DNA from: Reclinomonas americana ATCC 50394
Lineage: Eukaryota
Assembly (NCBI GenBank): GCA_048213135.1
Contig: PS015009.1
Coordinates: 620,001 to 684,000 of the forward strand
Reading direction: 5' to 3'
DNA: 64,000 nucleotides
Part shown: positions 43,901 through 50,603 of the stretch, one piece after another
How positions within the stretch are numbered: the first letter of the stretch is position 1
Layout: each line of letters opens with the position of its first letter
The notes under the pieces: generated by a model
The model's database searches: none
Told to the model about the DNA's origin: nothing
The model's input: only the letters and a program-made list of their open reading frames with translations
Position numbers and translations under genes: made by a program

Positions 43901-44989
43901 GGCCCTGTCGCAGGTGCCCGCAGCTGAAGGACCGGTATTGCAACCCCACCAGTTATCGGTGGCGTTTACGTTGCCCTGTGCGCTGGACATGGCCAATGCG
44001 CTTGGAGCAAGTGTTGCTGTATTGTTGACAAAACGATTGTACTGGATCATCATCGTATTGCCCACATCAAATGAGTTGATGGTTCTTATGGCACCACCCA
44101 CACCGGAAGTACCGGATGCGGAGTTAGAGGTAAATGTATTCCTGAGGATGTTAACAGTGAAGGTAATGCCTGCGGTGATCCTGCCCTGTGCAGCCACATG
44201 TATCGCACCGCCGCCATTTCCGCCGTTGGCTGTAACACTGTTATTATTAAAAGTAGAGTTGGTAATCGTCACAGCGCCGTTTCCCGCGCCGGCAAGATTT
44301 TCGAGGAAGTAACTTACAGCACCGCCATCACTTTTGGAGTTGCTGTTGTTACTGAATGTACAGTTGTCGATGGTAAGGGAACCACCACCATTATAACGAA
44401 CGGCACCGCCCTGGGTTGCCGCTGTACCGGTTGCACCGATACTGTTACCACTGAAGATACAGCTGTTAAGTGTGAGGCTGTTGTTGGGACCACCAGCGAT
44501 GATAGCACCACCGCCATAAGTATCCGTATTCAGCTGACCGTTGGTGAACTGCACGTTATTGATAACGGTAGTGATGTTGGGGTTGGTACCTGTTGAGTTG
44601 ATGAAGAGGATACGATCGCGGTTGGTGTTGGTCATGTTCACAATCGTGGACGCGGCCGAGATACCGTTGATCGTAATGTTCTGTGTAAAATCACCGATGG
44701 TGATCTCACCCAGCGTCAGGTTATACGTCAACGCCTGGAGGTTGACCGTATGTGTACCGCCCACGGCGTTGGCCGCTTCAAGCGCAGACCGGAAGGAGAT
44801 ATTGCCGGAGGCATCCAAACCCGTACCTGCTGCGGGATTCACCGCATGCGTATCATTGGTGGTGTTGACATTAAAAACAGTCGCGGATACAGTTAGGGTC
44901 AGTACCATCGCGAATACAAAAAGCAATCCTGCTTTAATGTGGTGGAGTAGATGTGATTTCATGGTATTCGTTTTGTCAAAATGTTGCAT
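34943..44989 (-). CDS. Giant T9SS-secreted multidomain adhesin (beta-helix, putative Ig, LamG, Gly-rich, PKD-like repeats, type-A CTD)
   Basis: Sec signal (...LTLTVSA); CSLREA-like ISFRSALEAAN; GGAI-type beta-helix; four He_PIG-like repeats (LPTGLTLSAAGVLSGTP); LamG (FTIEGWIK...WYHIAC...IDNVRIW); three TLTSAAGT repeats; thirteen ~94-96 aa repeats; three Ig; IYPNP...GMYIL CTD. The start may be the second Met. Confidence 0.9.
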   Translation of the reverse strand: MQHFDKTNTMKSHLLHHIKAGLLFVFAMVLTLTVSATVFNVNTTNDTHAVNPAAGTGLDASGNISFRSALEAANAVGGTHTVNLQALTYNLTLGEITIGDFTQNITINGISAASTIVNMTNTNRDRILFINSTGTNPNITTVINNVQFTNGQLNTDTYGGGAIIAGGPNNSLTLNSCIFSGNSIGATGTAATQGGAVRYNGGGSLTIDNCTFSNNSNSKSDGGAVSYFLENLAGAGNGAVTITNSTFNNNSVTANGGNGGGAIHVAAQGRITAGITFTVNILRNTFTSNSASGTSGVGGAIRTINSFDVGNTMMIQYNRFVNNTATLAPSALAMSSAQGNVNATDNWWGCNTGPSAAGTCDRAAITGSGGVGTLNTATWLQLKLTAATSPVCYTSGTSVVTASFLTNSAGTSIALANLVRVIGLPITFSATLGTLSGAQPNITAAGTATVTYTAGANGGTGTVNGVVDNVPAAETTPARASIVINKPVVTNPGVTTGTAGTAFSQTFTASGGSTPYTFSTSSTLPTGLTLSAAGVLSGTPTVVGTFPIVVNVTDNLSCTATGTTYNLVISCQTITVTNPGTTTGTVGTAFSQTFTQTSAIGGATFSVFSGTLPTGLTLSAAGVLSGTPTQSGTFPIVVRVTDGNNCTGNSPTYNLVISCQTISVTNPGVATGTNGTAFSQTFTQTGAIGGATFSVFSGTLPNGLTLSAAGVLSGTPSAPAGTYPIVVRATDGNGCFGNGATYNLVIGCQAITVTNPAVTTGQTGIPFSQTFTQTGGIGTTNFSLFSGSLPAGLTLSAAGVLGGTPTATGTFPIVVRATDANGCFGNGATYTLVITSCPIVDQTVTASPTSVCTGTGSTVTVAATQPGINYTLRIDPSNVVVSGPATGTGAALNFPTGNLFSNTTFNVLAETDSNSVYLNGGQSGFAIPQNAALDVTNNFTIEGWIKPDGDPDFGRLFNKDGSYALGVSSNQTQLTFTRHSAGDFSRPFTFVNGQWYHIACTYVSGTVELFVNGTSIGTVGGVPAINVTSSGGHIGSDAGGNFNQFRGNIDNVRIWNSVRTQAQIAANQLSFLTSTGNPTLVASWWISEGSGNAKDYSANAINSTGLAGVWQGVSPVPYCNLVLTNKPTVTVIPDNSITLTSAAGTDAQTVCINTPIVNITYSTVSATGATFSGLPAGVTGNWAANVVTISGTPASSVGSPFSYTVTLTGGCGPTTTANGTITVTPNNTITLTSAAGTNAQTVCINTPITPITYSTTGATGATFSGLPAGVTGNWAANVVTISGTPSSTVGSPFNYTVTLTGGCGITTATGTITVTPNNTITLTSAAGTNAQTVCQNSAITNITYSTTGATGATFSGLPTGVTGNWAANVVTISGTPTSAAGSPYTYTVTLTGGCGTITANGTITVSPTPTVNPVSSQVICNGAPTAPVAFTGTPAGVMFNWTNNTPSIGLAASGTGDIASFNAVNATNAPVVATVTVTPQTFTPLSSSTQTFNYTGSMQNWTVPAGVTSIVITAKGAKGGNSTGQSGGQNFIGGSGASMTGTFAVTPGQVLNILVGGQGGNNTVSGCGTGGGGGSFVVNSVTSSPLIIAGGGGGAFHCNVLGGNNGGQGLSGTTSGAGIPTPSRNGLAGVAGPNGGLCTGYGASGGGFSGNGVATMGGGAVGGNMYPGAAAGNGGYGGGGGGYSTGCCGSSGGGGGYGGGSCGDSDGCAGGGGSSYNTGTSQINVSGDNAGNGVVTITYMIGVTCAGTPTTFTYTVNPTPTVNAVGNQVVCNGAPTAAVNFSGAVAGTVYNWINNTPSIGLAASGTGNIASFNAINTGTAPVTATITVTPSYTNAGTTCTGTPITFTITVNPTPTVNAVANQVVCNGAPTTAVNFSGSVSGTVYNWTNNTTSIGLAGSGTGNIASFNAINTGTTPVTATITVTPSYTNGGTTCTGTPTTFTITVNPTPTVNAVANQVVCNGAPTTAVNFSGAVTGTVYNWTNNTPSIGLAASGSGNITSFNAINTGTAPVTATITVTPSYTNGGTTCTGSPITFTITVNPTATVNSVPNQVVCNGAPTTAVTFSSPTTGGTIVYNWTNNTTSIGLAASGTGNIASFNAINTGTAPVTATITVTPSYTNGGTTCIGTPTTFTITVNPTPTVNAVANQVVCNGAPTTAVNFSGAVPGTVYNWTNNTPSIGLAASGSGNIASFNAINAGTNPVTATITVTPSYTNGGTTCTGTSTTFTITVNPTPTVNAVANQVVCNGAPTTAVTFTGAVSGTVFNWTNNTPSIGLAASGTGNIASFNAINTGNAPVVATITVTPSYTNGGTTCTGTPRTFTITVNPTPVVNSVPNQVICNGAPTTAVNFSSPTTGGTIVYNWTNNTTSIGLAASGSGNIASFTATNATNAPVTATITVTASYTNGGTTCTSAPVTFTITVNPTPIVNNVSNQVVCNGEMTADVFFSSPTTGGTIVYNWTNNNTSIGLGASGTGNIPAFTATNATNAPVTATITVIASYTNGGTTCTSAPRTFTITVNPTPVVNSVPNQTVCNGAPTAAVNFSSPTTGGTIVYNWTNSTPSIGLAASGSGNIASFNAVNATNDPVTATITVIASYTNGGTTCSSAPVTFTITVNPTPVVNSVANQVVCNGAPTTAVTFTSPTTGGTIVYNWTNNTPSIGLAASGSGDIASFNAVNATNAPVTATITVTASYTNGGTTCTSAPVTFTITVNPTPTVNAVANQTVCNNSATAAVTFTGSVAGTVYNWTNNNTSIGLAASGTGNIASFTATNATNAPVTATITVTPSYTNGGTTCTGASRTFTITVNPTPNVNPVANQTVCNGSATPAINFNGTVAGTVYSWTNNTTSIGLAASGTGNIASFTAVNTGTTPVTATITVTPSYTNGSVTCTGTPITFTITVNPSTVITANPTSQTICAGGNVTFTGAATGLGLSYQWQVNTGSGFTNVTNGGVYSGATTATLTITGATAGMNGYQYRLEVTGTCGVQNTTAATLTVNTPPNITTHPANTAACVGANTSFTVVAAGTGLTYQWQLSTTGAGGPFTNITNGGVYGGATTATLTITGVTAAMNNYRYQVVISGTCPPTPVTSNQAVLTVNNPVVITQQPASITICFGGSPTFTVAATGTGITYQWQVNTGSGFVNIPGATSASYTVPNPTVLFSFYQYRAVVTGTCNTVISNTATLIVFGLPNINFAKVPPRVCLTDTIVTLKAEPAGGTWTGRGITGGDKFSATAAGTGVSTLTYTVVNANGCISIENYNITVNDCKERHQKLQDALRIYPNPSNGRFNIGFFSDNYKEFNLRVIDARGAVVRDMRFTGLVYGSVIPMDLTSLGSGMYILEAYNTQERASYRIVLTR
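36300..40775 (-). repeat. 13 tandem ~282-288 bp coding repeats (first copy interrupted by Gly-rich domain)
   Basis: Unit TPTVNAVANQVVCNGAPT...WTNNTPSIGLAASGTGNIASF...CTGTPxTFTITVNP, counted 13 times in the translation. Coordinates approximate. Confidence 0.85.
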
Positions 44990-45129
44990 TGTGTTTCCCT
45001 TTTTTTGAATCGGGCGGTTAACGAAAAAATCTGTTGGCTAAAAAACTGGTTTTTAACCAACAGAGATCTCGGATTTTCTTTATGTTCTTCTGCACGAAAA
45101 GTGCAGTTAGCTTTGGTTCTTTTATTCCC

Positions 45130-45660
45130 TTAGCCTCTTGGCGGGAACACACCCTGCAGTGCGATACAATAATTCACCACGTTGTATGGCATCATATTGT
45201 TGTGCGGCAGGCTGCCCCCGGAAATACCGATAGCCATTGGGCTCATCATTACCTGTGTACCCGGTGCATTCGCGAAAAAGTTGGGCGCCGGCCTTCCATC
45301 AGGATTGGCCCAAAGGTTACCGTTCGGGTCTGCCTGTGTTCCTTTCAGTTTGGCATTAACGGGAGTGTGATTGTGTCCCGGCATTTCAGAAGTGATAAGG
45401 GTTACCGACTGCTCACCGCCTACCTCACCGAGGAAACGGTCCGTCAGGCCCGGTCCCTGGCCGGCACTCATAGGTGCAGATCCCTGGAAGTTGGGCAGCG
45501 CGAAAGTGGTTTTACCATCACCGCCATAATAAGTTCCCAGTAATGAAAAAAGTGCTGTGTTCTGAGAGATCGGCAACAGTTGACCGTTGCACTGTGCCCA
45601 GCCTGTTGGAGCGAAGTTGCATCCGAACATTCTTATTTCTGCTACAAATGGACTACTCAT
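45130..45660 (-). CDS. Phage tail-collar domain protein (MdpB/microcystin-dependent-like), paralog 3
   Basis: FVAEIRMFGCNFAPTGWAQCNGQLLPISQNTALFSLLGTYYGGDGKTTFALP; MPGHNH; PHNNMMPY...CIALQGVFP. Confidence 0.92.
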   Translation of the reverse strand: MSSPFVAEIRMFGCNFAPTGWAQCNGQLLPISQNTALFSLLGTYYGGDGKTTFALPNFQGSAPMSAGQGPGLTDRFLGEVGGEQSVTLITSEMPGHNHTPVNAKLKGTQADPNGNLWANPDGRPAPNFFANAPGTQVMMSPMAIGISGGSLPHNNMMPYNVVNYCIALQGVFPPRG

Positions 45661-45693
45661 ATTAATAGGTTTAATTGCTGTGTTAGAATTGGT

Positions 45694-46197
45694 TTAGTTA
45701 CGGGACGGGAATATGCCCACTAATGCGATACAGATATTCGTTACCGAATAAGGCGCCATGTTATTATGTGGCTGCGAGCCGCCTGCATTGGAAAGCGCAG
45801 TGGGACTCATCAATTCATTGGGCGTAGCGGCATAAGGCGAAAAGCCTGTGTTGCTGGCCCAGTAGTTATTGAGCGGCGTGGCGGCATTAGGCGATAAAGA
45901 ACTGGCTATCGCGATGTGATTGTGCTGCGGCATTTCACTTATAGTAAGTGTATGCGCTGATTCGCCTGCCATCTGGCCCTGTACAAGACCCTGGCCAATA
46001 TGCATAGGCACCCTTCCGCGAAGATCAGGAAGCCCGAAAGTGGTTTGGCCATTACCCCCGTAAGTAGTACCAAGCAGGGAGAACAGCGCCTGGTTCTGGT
46101 TGATAGGCAGCAGCTGCCCGTTGCATTGCGCCCAGCCTTTTGGCGGGAAGTTGAATGAAAATATCGTCAATTGTGACATGTATGGTTCAGTTGCCAT
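45694..46197 (-). CDS. Phage tail-collar domain protein, paralog 2
   Basis: FPPKGWAQCNGQLLPINQNQALFSLLGTTYGGNGQTTFGLPDLRGRVP; MPQHNH; PHNNMAPY. Confidence 0.92.
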   Translation of the reverse strand: MATEPYMSQLTIFSFNFPPKGWAQCNGQLLPINQNQALFSLLGTTYGGNGQTTFGLPDLRGRVPMHIGQGLVQGQMAGESAHTLTISEMPQHNHIAIASSLSPNAATPLNNYWASNTGFSPYAATPNELMSPTALSNAGGSQPHNNMAPYSVTNICIALVGIFPSRN

Positions 46198-46230
46198 AGT
46201 ATTAATATTTTTTGAGCTTTACAATCAGGT

Positions 46231-46731
46231 TTAGTTCTGTGTAGGGTATACTCCATATAATGAGATGATAAAGTTGACCACCTGGTAAGGGATCATATTA
46301 TCATGCGGCTGCCCACCACCTGTTGGCTGGATGGAAGCATTATTCATGGTTGAATTACCCGGCGCTACATCATAAGGCGTGGTACCACTGGCTGCGGCCC
46401 ATACATTACCATTGGGCGAGTCTGCCTGTGAAGCAGAATTGGCTTGCGGAACGTGAGTATGTACAGGAATTTGCTGAGTGGTCAGCGTTACTGATTCAGT
46501 GCCCGACAGTTCACCGATCTGGAAACTGTTGCCCATGTGCACCGGCACACGCCCCCGGAAATCAGGGAGACCGAAAGTGCTCTGACCATCGCCACCGTAA
46601 GTGGTGCCGATAAGATTGAATAAAACATCATTTTCTGAGATAGGCATGAGTTGCCCGTTACACAAAGCCCACCCTGCAGGGGCGAAGTTGCCGCCAAACA
46701 TCCTGATTTCTCCAACGAAAGGTTGTCCCAT
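46231..46731 (-). CDS. Phage tail-collar domain protein, paralog 1
   Basis: FVGEIRMFGGNFAPAGWALCNGQLMPISENDVLFNLIGTTYGGDGQSTFGLPDFRGRVP; IPVHTH; PHDNMIPY. Confidence 0.92.
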   Translation of the reverse strand: MGQPFVGEIRMFGGNFAPAGWALCNGQLMPISENDVLFNLIGTTYGGDGQSTFGLPDFRGRVPVHMGNSFQIGELSGTESVTLTTQQIPVHTHVPQANSASQADSPNGNVWAAASGTTPYDVAPGNSTMNNASIQPTGGGQPHDNMIPYQVVNFIISLYGVYPTQN

Positions 46732-46981
46732 AAAGTTTGATTTTTTAATTGTGTAGGGTAAAATTGTTTCGAATTATTCCTGGGCAGAATGAGATAAGCC
46801 GGTGCTTAAACAGGTATGCGGACTCCGTGGTACAGTGCAGGACAAGCAATGCTGAATCAGATCGACTCATAAGTTCTAGCTAGGTTTAGGAGCCTAAAAC
46901 TAGGTCATCTGGATTGAGAATGCAAGTTTTACATTAAAAAAAAAATCATTTTCGGAAAAACAGGTATTTATACGGGGATGT

Positions 46982-47920
46982 TTATAAGCTCTTAAAGTGT
47001 CCACCTGGCTGTACCCCTAATCGTATAAGCGTACCCGGTTGTAAGAAACCCTCGTCGGTATACAGGTACCCTATGTTCAGCGTCCCGGCTGGCTTTACGG
47101 CAACAGAAAGAACATTTTCACTGATGGCAACAATGGTTCCGGGAGCGGCATTTTTATTATCAGCCAGCGGATCTTCACTGGCCTGGAGGAGGCGTATTAT
47201 TTTATTATTAAACATGGTTACGGCCCCTTTGTTCCAGGGGTTGCAGGCATTGATCAGCGCTACAATGGAAGCGGCGTCCATCTTTTCCCAGTCAATCACA
47301 ATATCAGCCTGGGTTTGCCGCTTAAAGTAACGGGCCTGCGATTCATCCTGCGGCTTAGAAGGAGGTGTTATACCCAACGCGATCATTTTAATGATGGTGC
47401 CGATCATGGAGCCCGCCAGTTCACCCAGCCGGGCATCCAGTATGCCATAAGTATCTTCAGGAAACAGGCGTGTCATTTCGCGGATCACGACCGGCCCTGC
47501 ATCCATGGCTTCTGCAAGGTGATGTATGGTAACACCCGCCTGCGCTTCCCTGTTCTTTATCTGCTGAAAGACCGGGTCGGCACCGCGGTATTGTGGCAAA
47601 GGACCGGGATGAACATTAAACAAACCATTGGCCGGGAGGGCTGCAAGGGATTGCGGTATTTTATAACTGAAGGTGATCACAAAACCAAGAGTGGCCTTGT
47701 GTTCCGCTATCGCTTTTTCGACTGCAGTTGCAAAATCCTTTTTCTCCAGGATGATCACCGGCACATTAAATGGCTGCAGCAATCCCGTGAGTTCTTCCAC
47801 CAGTTCTTTACAATGTGATGGTATGCCCACGAAGCAAAGCAGCCGCGACATAACGAGGTTGCGTATGGAAGGTATCGCCAGCCTTGCGCTGCAGAGTATG
47901 AATGTGCGGGTTTCGTTCAT
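46982..47920 (-). CDS. Formyltransferase (Fmt-like N- and C-domains), substrate unknown
   Basis: FNVHPGPLPQYRG, GVTIH, MDAGP (N/H/D catalytic set); Fmt-C-like IDW...ACNPW. Start set at MNETR, 2 nt after the upstream stop. Confidence 0.88.
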   Translation of the reverse strand: MNETRTFILCSARLAIPSIRNLVMSRLLCFVGIPSHCKELVEELTGLLQPFNVPVIILEKKDFATAVEKAIAEHKATLGFVITFSYKIPQSLAALPANGLFNVHPGPLPQYRGADPVFQQIKNREAQAGVTIHHLAEAMDAGPVVIREMTRLFPEDTYGILDARLGELAGSMIGTIIKMIALGITPPSKPQDESQARYFKRQTQADIVIDWEKMDAASIVALINACNPWNKGAVTMFNNKIIRLLQASEDPLADNKNAAPGTIVAISENVLSVAVKPAGTLNIGYLYTDEGFLQPGTLIRLGVQPGGHFKSL

Positions 47921-47922
47921 GA

Positions 47923-49059
47923 TCAGTAACAGAGATAGGTGTTGGTCCAGCCGGAAACAGCACCTGTTGTATGATGACTGGTAAATATTTTCCATTCGGA
48001 TGCGTACTCATCCGGGCCGATCGTTTTTCTTTGCTGCTCACCACCAGCTATTGACAACCGGTATGCGGGGCTGGTATAATACAGCGTGTCACCGTCCAGT
48101 TGCAACTCACCACGCGGACTGTCGAGGTTCACTTTTTTCAGCGCTTCCGCCACCACCGGCCCATCGGAATAATCGTTGGGTAACGCCGTGAGCATGTGGT
48201 GCAATATCAGTCCTGTCTCCCATCCCAGTAATGAAAATATAGTCGGTTCTTTTTTGGAACGTTGCGCATAGGCTTCTTTAAAAGCTGTATTGGCCGGTGT
48301 GTCTGCAGCAGTAAACCACGACTGGTAACCCTGAACCGTAAACGCAGCGTTTGCGGGAATGGCTTCCAGCGCCGCGGGTTGCAGCATCATCGGTGAAACA
48401 AAAAGATCCGCAGATCGGTCAAGTTGTTTATACAAAACAGATGCAGGCCAGGTATCTGAAACGCAAAGCAAGGTATTCGTATCCGGGAACTGGTCCATCT
48501 TCTGTACAAGATCGCCTGTATGGTATTGGTTGTTGTACAACTGATTGTTGACATCATTGAACAGCACATTACCTTCGTGTTTGATGAAGCTGTTCATCAT
48601 GGCCGCAGCATGCAGGTAACCGCAATCGTAGAAAGTGCTGGAAGTACCTGCCGCGGAGGTTTTCGCGGCGGCATCGGCACCCGAAAGCCAGCAAAGAAAA
48701 GAATGCAGTAAAGTGAGATGAATAACATTCTCCTGCGCAATCCAGTTAACCGGGTAATTGGCGCCCGGGTTAACCACAATGAGCAGCTTACCCGAGGCAT
48801 ATACCAGCGGCTTCATCATTTCCAGTACGCGTTCATCGATATAAGCCAACAGCACATCTACGCCTTCTGTCATCAGCAGTTTTTCCGCAGCCAGGTATAC
48901 CGCTTTTTCTTCACCGCCAAAAGACACGCTTTCCAGCGTAAAGCGAATAGCATCATCTGCCAAACCTTTCGCTTTCAGGCAGGCCTTCAGGCCATCCATG
49001 AATTCAAACCCGATACCGGGATAAACTTTTGAACTGGGAGAGAGGAATCCAACATGCAT
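47923..49059 (-). CDS. Type-1 periplasmic-binding-protein fold (LivJ-like) lacking signal peptide
   Basis: Begins directly with HVGFLSP; AAEKLL..EGVD; N.AFKEAY; LLGWETG; LDSPRG. No hydrophobic N-terminus. Confidence 0.8.
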   Translation of the reverse strand: MHVGFLSPSSKVYPGIGFEFMDGLKACLKAKGLADDAIRFTLESVSFGGEEKAVYLAAEKLLMTEGVDVLLAYIDERVLEMMKPLVYASGKLLIVVNPGANYPVNWIAQENVIHLTLLHSFLCWLSGADAAAKTSAAGTSSTFYDCGYLHAAAMMNSFIKHEGNVLFNDVNNQLYNNQYHTGDLVQKMDQFPDTNTLLCVSDTWPASVLYKQLDRSADLFVSPMMLQPAALEAIPANAAFTVQGYQSWFTAADTPANTAFKEAYAQRSKKEPTIFSLLGWETGLILHHMLTALPNDYSDGPVVAEALKKVNLDSPRGELQLDGDTLYYTSPAYRLSIAGGEQQRKTIGPDEYASEWKIFTSHHTTGAVSGWTNTYLCY

Positions 49060-49185
49060 AAGGGTAACTGTGTTTTGCCGGCGAATTAATATTATTTTAT
49101 TGTCAAGGCAAAATATATTTTATTGTGTTTATTCCTCAAAGTTTGTATTTTGTTGCCTATTCCAAAACTAATAAACCACTACGGC

Positions 49186-49842
49186 ATGAATACCAGGAGA
49201 AAATTCCTTGTCCAGGGAGGACTGGCTGCAACGGCAGCGCTTACCGCCAAACCTTTCAACAGCATTGCCAGTCTTACATCGCCATTAACAGGCACCGATT
49301 TCAGTAATAACAAATTTCTGCTGCTGCATACCAGCAACAATGAAGCGCATACTTTCAACCGCATCAGCACGCTGAGCAGGAAGTTCGCCAATGTTTTACT
49401 GGTACACTCCGGTGAAGCTGCAACCCACACCCCGCTGAAGTTTGACGTAACACACCCGGCCGCTTCCGGTTACCAGGTACTCCACAAAGGCGAGGTTAAG
49501 ATTGGTATCGTACACACCGACAGCAGTGTTACCGATGTAGTAAGCGACATCAATACCCGCGCCGCTTACCTGAAAAAAGAAAGGGATTGCAACTTCGTAG
49601 TTTGCGTGTCTTCACTTGAAGCAAAAGGTAAGGTAAATGATAAAGCGCTGGCCGAAAGATCAGCAGGTGTAGACCTCATCATCAGCAGGCACCATACCAA
49701 TTACTGCGGACAACCTTTCATTATACTGAACCGTGAGAACCATGAAGTGATCATCGACAACGCCGCCGGTAAAGAAGAAGCCATTGGCAGCATGGCAGTA
49801 AGTTTCTGCAGCAAAGGCCTGAAAAGCCAGCTCGCCTTTTAA
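49186..49842 (+). CDS. Tat-signal protein, degenerate metallophosphoesterase/5'-nucleotidase-like
   Basis: MNTRRKFL twin-arginine motif; LLHTS, LLVHSG, KIGIV, LKKERDCNFVVCVSSL and VDLIISRH echo 5'-nucleotidase segments without the metal ligands. Confidence 0.7.
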   Translation: MNTRRKFLVQGGLAATAALTAKPFNSIASLTSPLTGTDFSNNKFLLLHTSNNEAHTFNRISTLSRKFANVLLVHSGEAATHTPLKFDVTHPAASGYQVLHKGEVKIGIVHTDSSVTDVVSDINTRAAYLKKERDCNFVVCVSSLEAKGKVNDKALAERSAGVDLIISRHHTNYCGQPFIILNRENHEVIIDNAAGKEEAIGSMAVSFCSKGLKSQLAF

Positions 49843-49880
49843 TCCCCGCGCAACACGCTACCCTCCCTGTAACGCTTATT

Positions 49881-50603
49881 ATGATCAAATACCTGCAGCT
49901 ACCCTTCCGGTTCGACGCCGGCAGGTTAAGGGAAGAAGTACAACAACTGGATAATAAAAACTGGAAGCATCATTTCCAGAAACTCCATTATGAAGGAGAC
50001 TGGACGGCTATTCCCCTGCGCAACACAGACGGGCGGGCTGCCAATATTCACATCTCCCCCGACGAGGGCGCACCTTATCACGATACAGAGTTACTGCAAT
50101 ACTGCCCGTATACACGGGAGGTGCTGGCACAGTTCCATTGCCAGCTGAAGTCGGTACGGTGGATGCGACTGAATGCCGGCGCTGTGATCAAAGAGCATAC
50201 CGATAAAGAACTGCATTTTGAAAGCGGCATGGTGCGTATACACATTCCCGTTACTACAAGCGAAAAGGTGGAATTTTATCTCGACAATGAACAGCTGCGT
50301 TTGCAGGAAGGCGAATGCTGGTACATGAATTTTAACCTGCCGCACCGCATCAGTAATAACAGTGATATTGACCGGATACACCTGGTGATCGATGCCAATG
50401 TAAACGACTGGCTAACGGAGTTATTCAACAGCGACGATATCAGCAACAGGAAAGAAATGGCCCAGCCCGATCCTTTTGATATCGAAACAAAGAAAACCAT
50501 ACTGGGTCATTTCAGGGATATGAATACCGCCAAAAGTCATGAGCTGGCCAACGCGCTGGAAAAAGAAATTGCCGAACTTGAATCCGCATTACGCGACAGA
50601 TGA
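49881..50603 (+). CDS. Aspartyl/asparaginyl beta-hydroxylase-like Fe(II)/2OG dioxygenase
   Basis: IKEHTD (HxD), RIHIPV, PHRISN...DRIHLVID. Confidence 0.88.
   Translation: MIKYLQLPFRFDAGRLREEVQQLDNKNWKHHFQKLHYEGDWTAIPLRNTDGRAANIHISPDEGAPYHDTELLQYCPYTREVLAQFHCQLKSVRWMRLNAGAVIKEHTDKELHFESGMVRIHIPVTTSEKVEFYLDNEQLRLQEGECWYMNFNLPHRISNNSDIDRIHLVIDANVNDWLTELFNSDDISNRKEMAQPDPFDIETKKTILGHFRDMNTAKSHELANALEKEIAELESALRDR

Noticed and set aside
35316-45008. Many plus-strand ORFs opposite the adhesin (for example repeated MVAVTGALV...)
   Set aside because: These are antisense shadows of the repetitive Thr/Asn/Gly-rich coding strand, with no independent protein features.
45130-46731. Prophage or contractile injection system suggested by tail-collar genes
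   Set aside because: No integrase, terminase, capsid, sheath, tube, baseplate, spike or lysis genes are recognisable anywhere in the window.
46982-47995. Housekeeping fmt, and the longer 337-aa start
   Set aside because: The N-terminus lacks the FMGTP-type motif and the context is accessory. The longer start overlaps the upstream gene by 73 nt, so 47920 is preferred.
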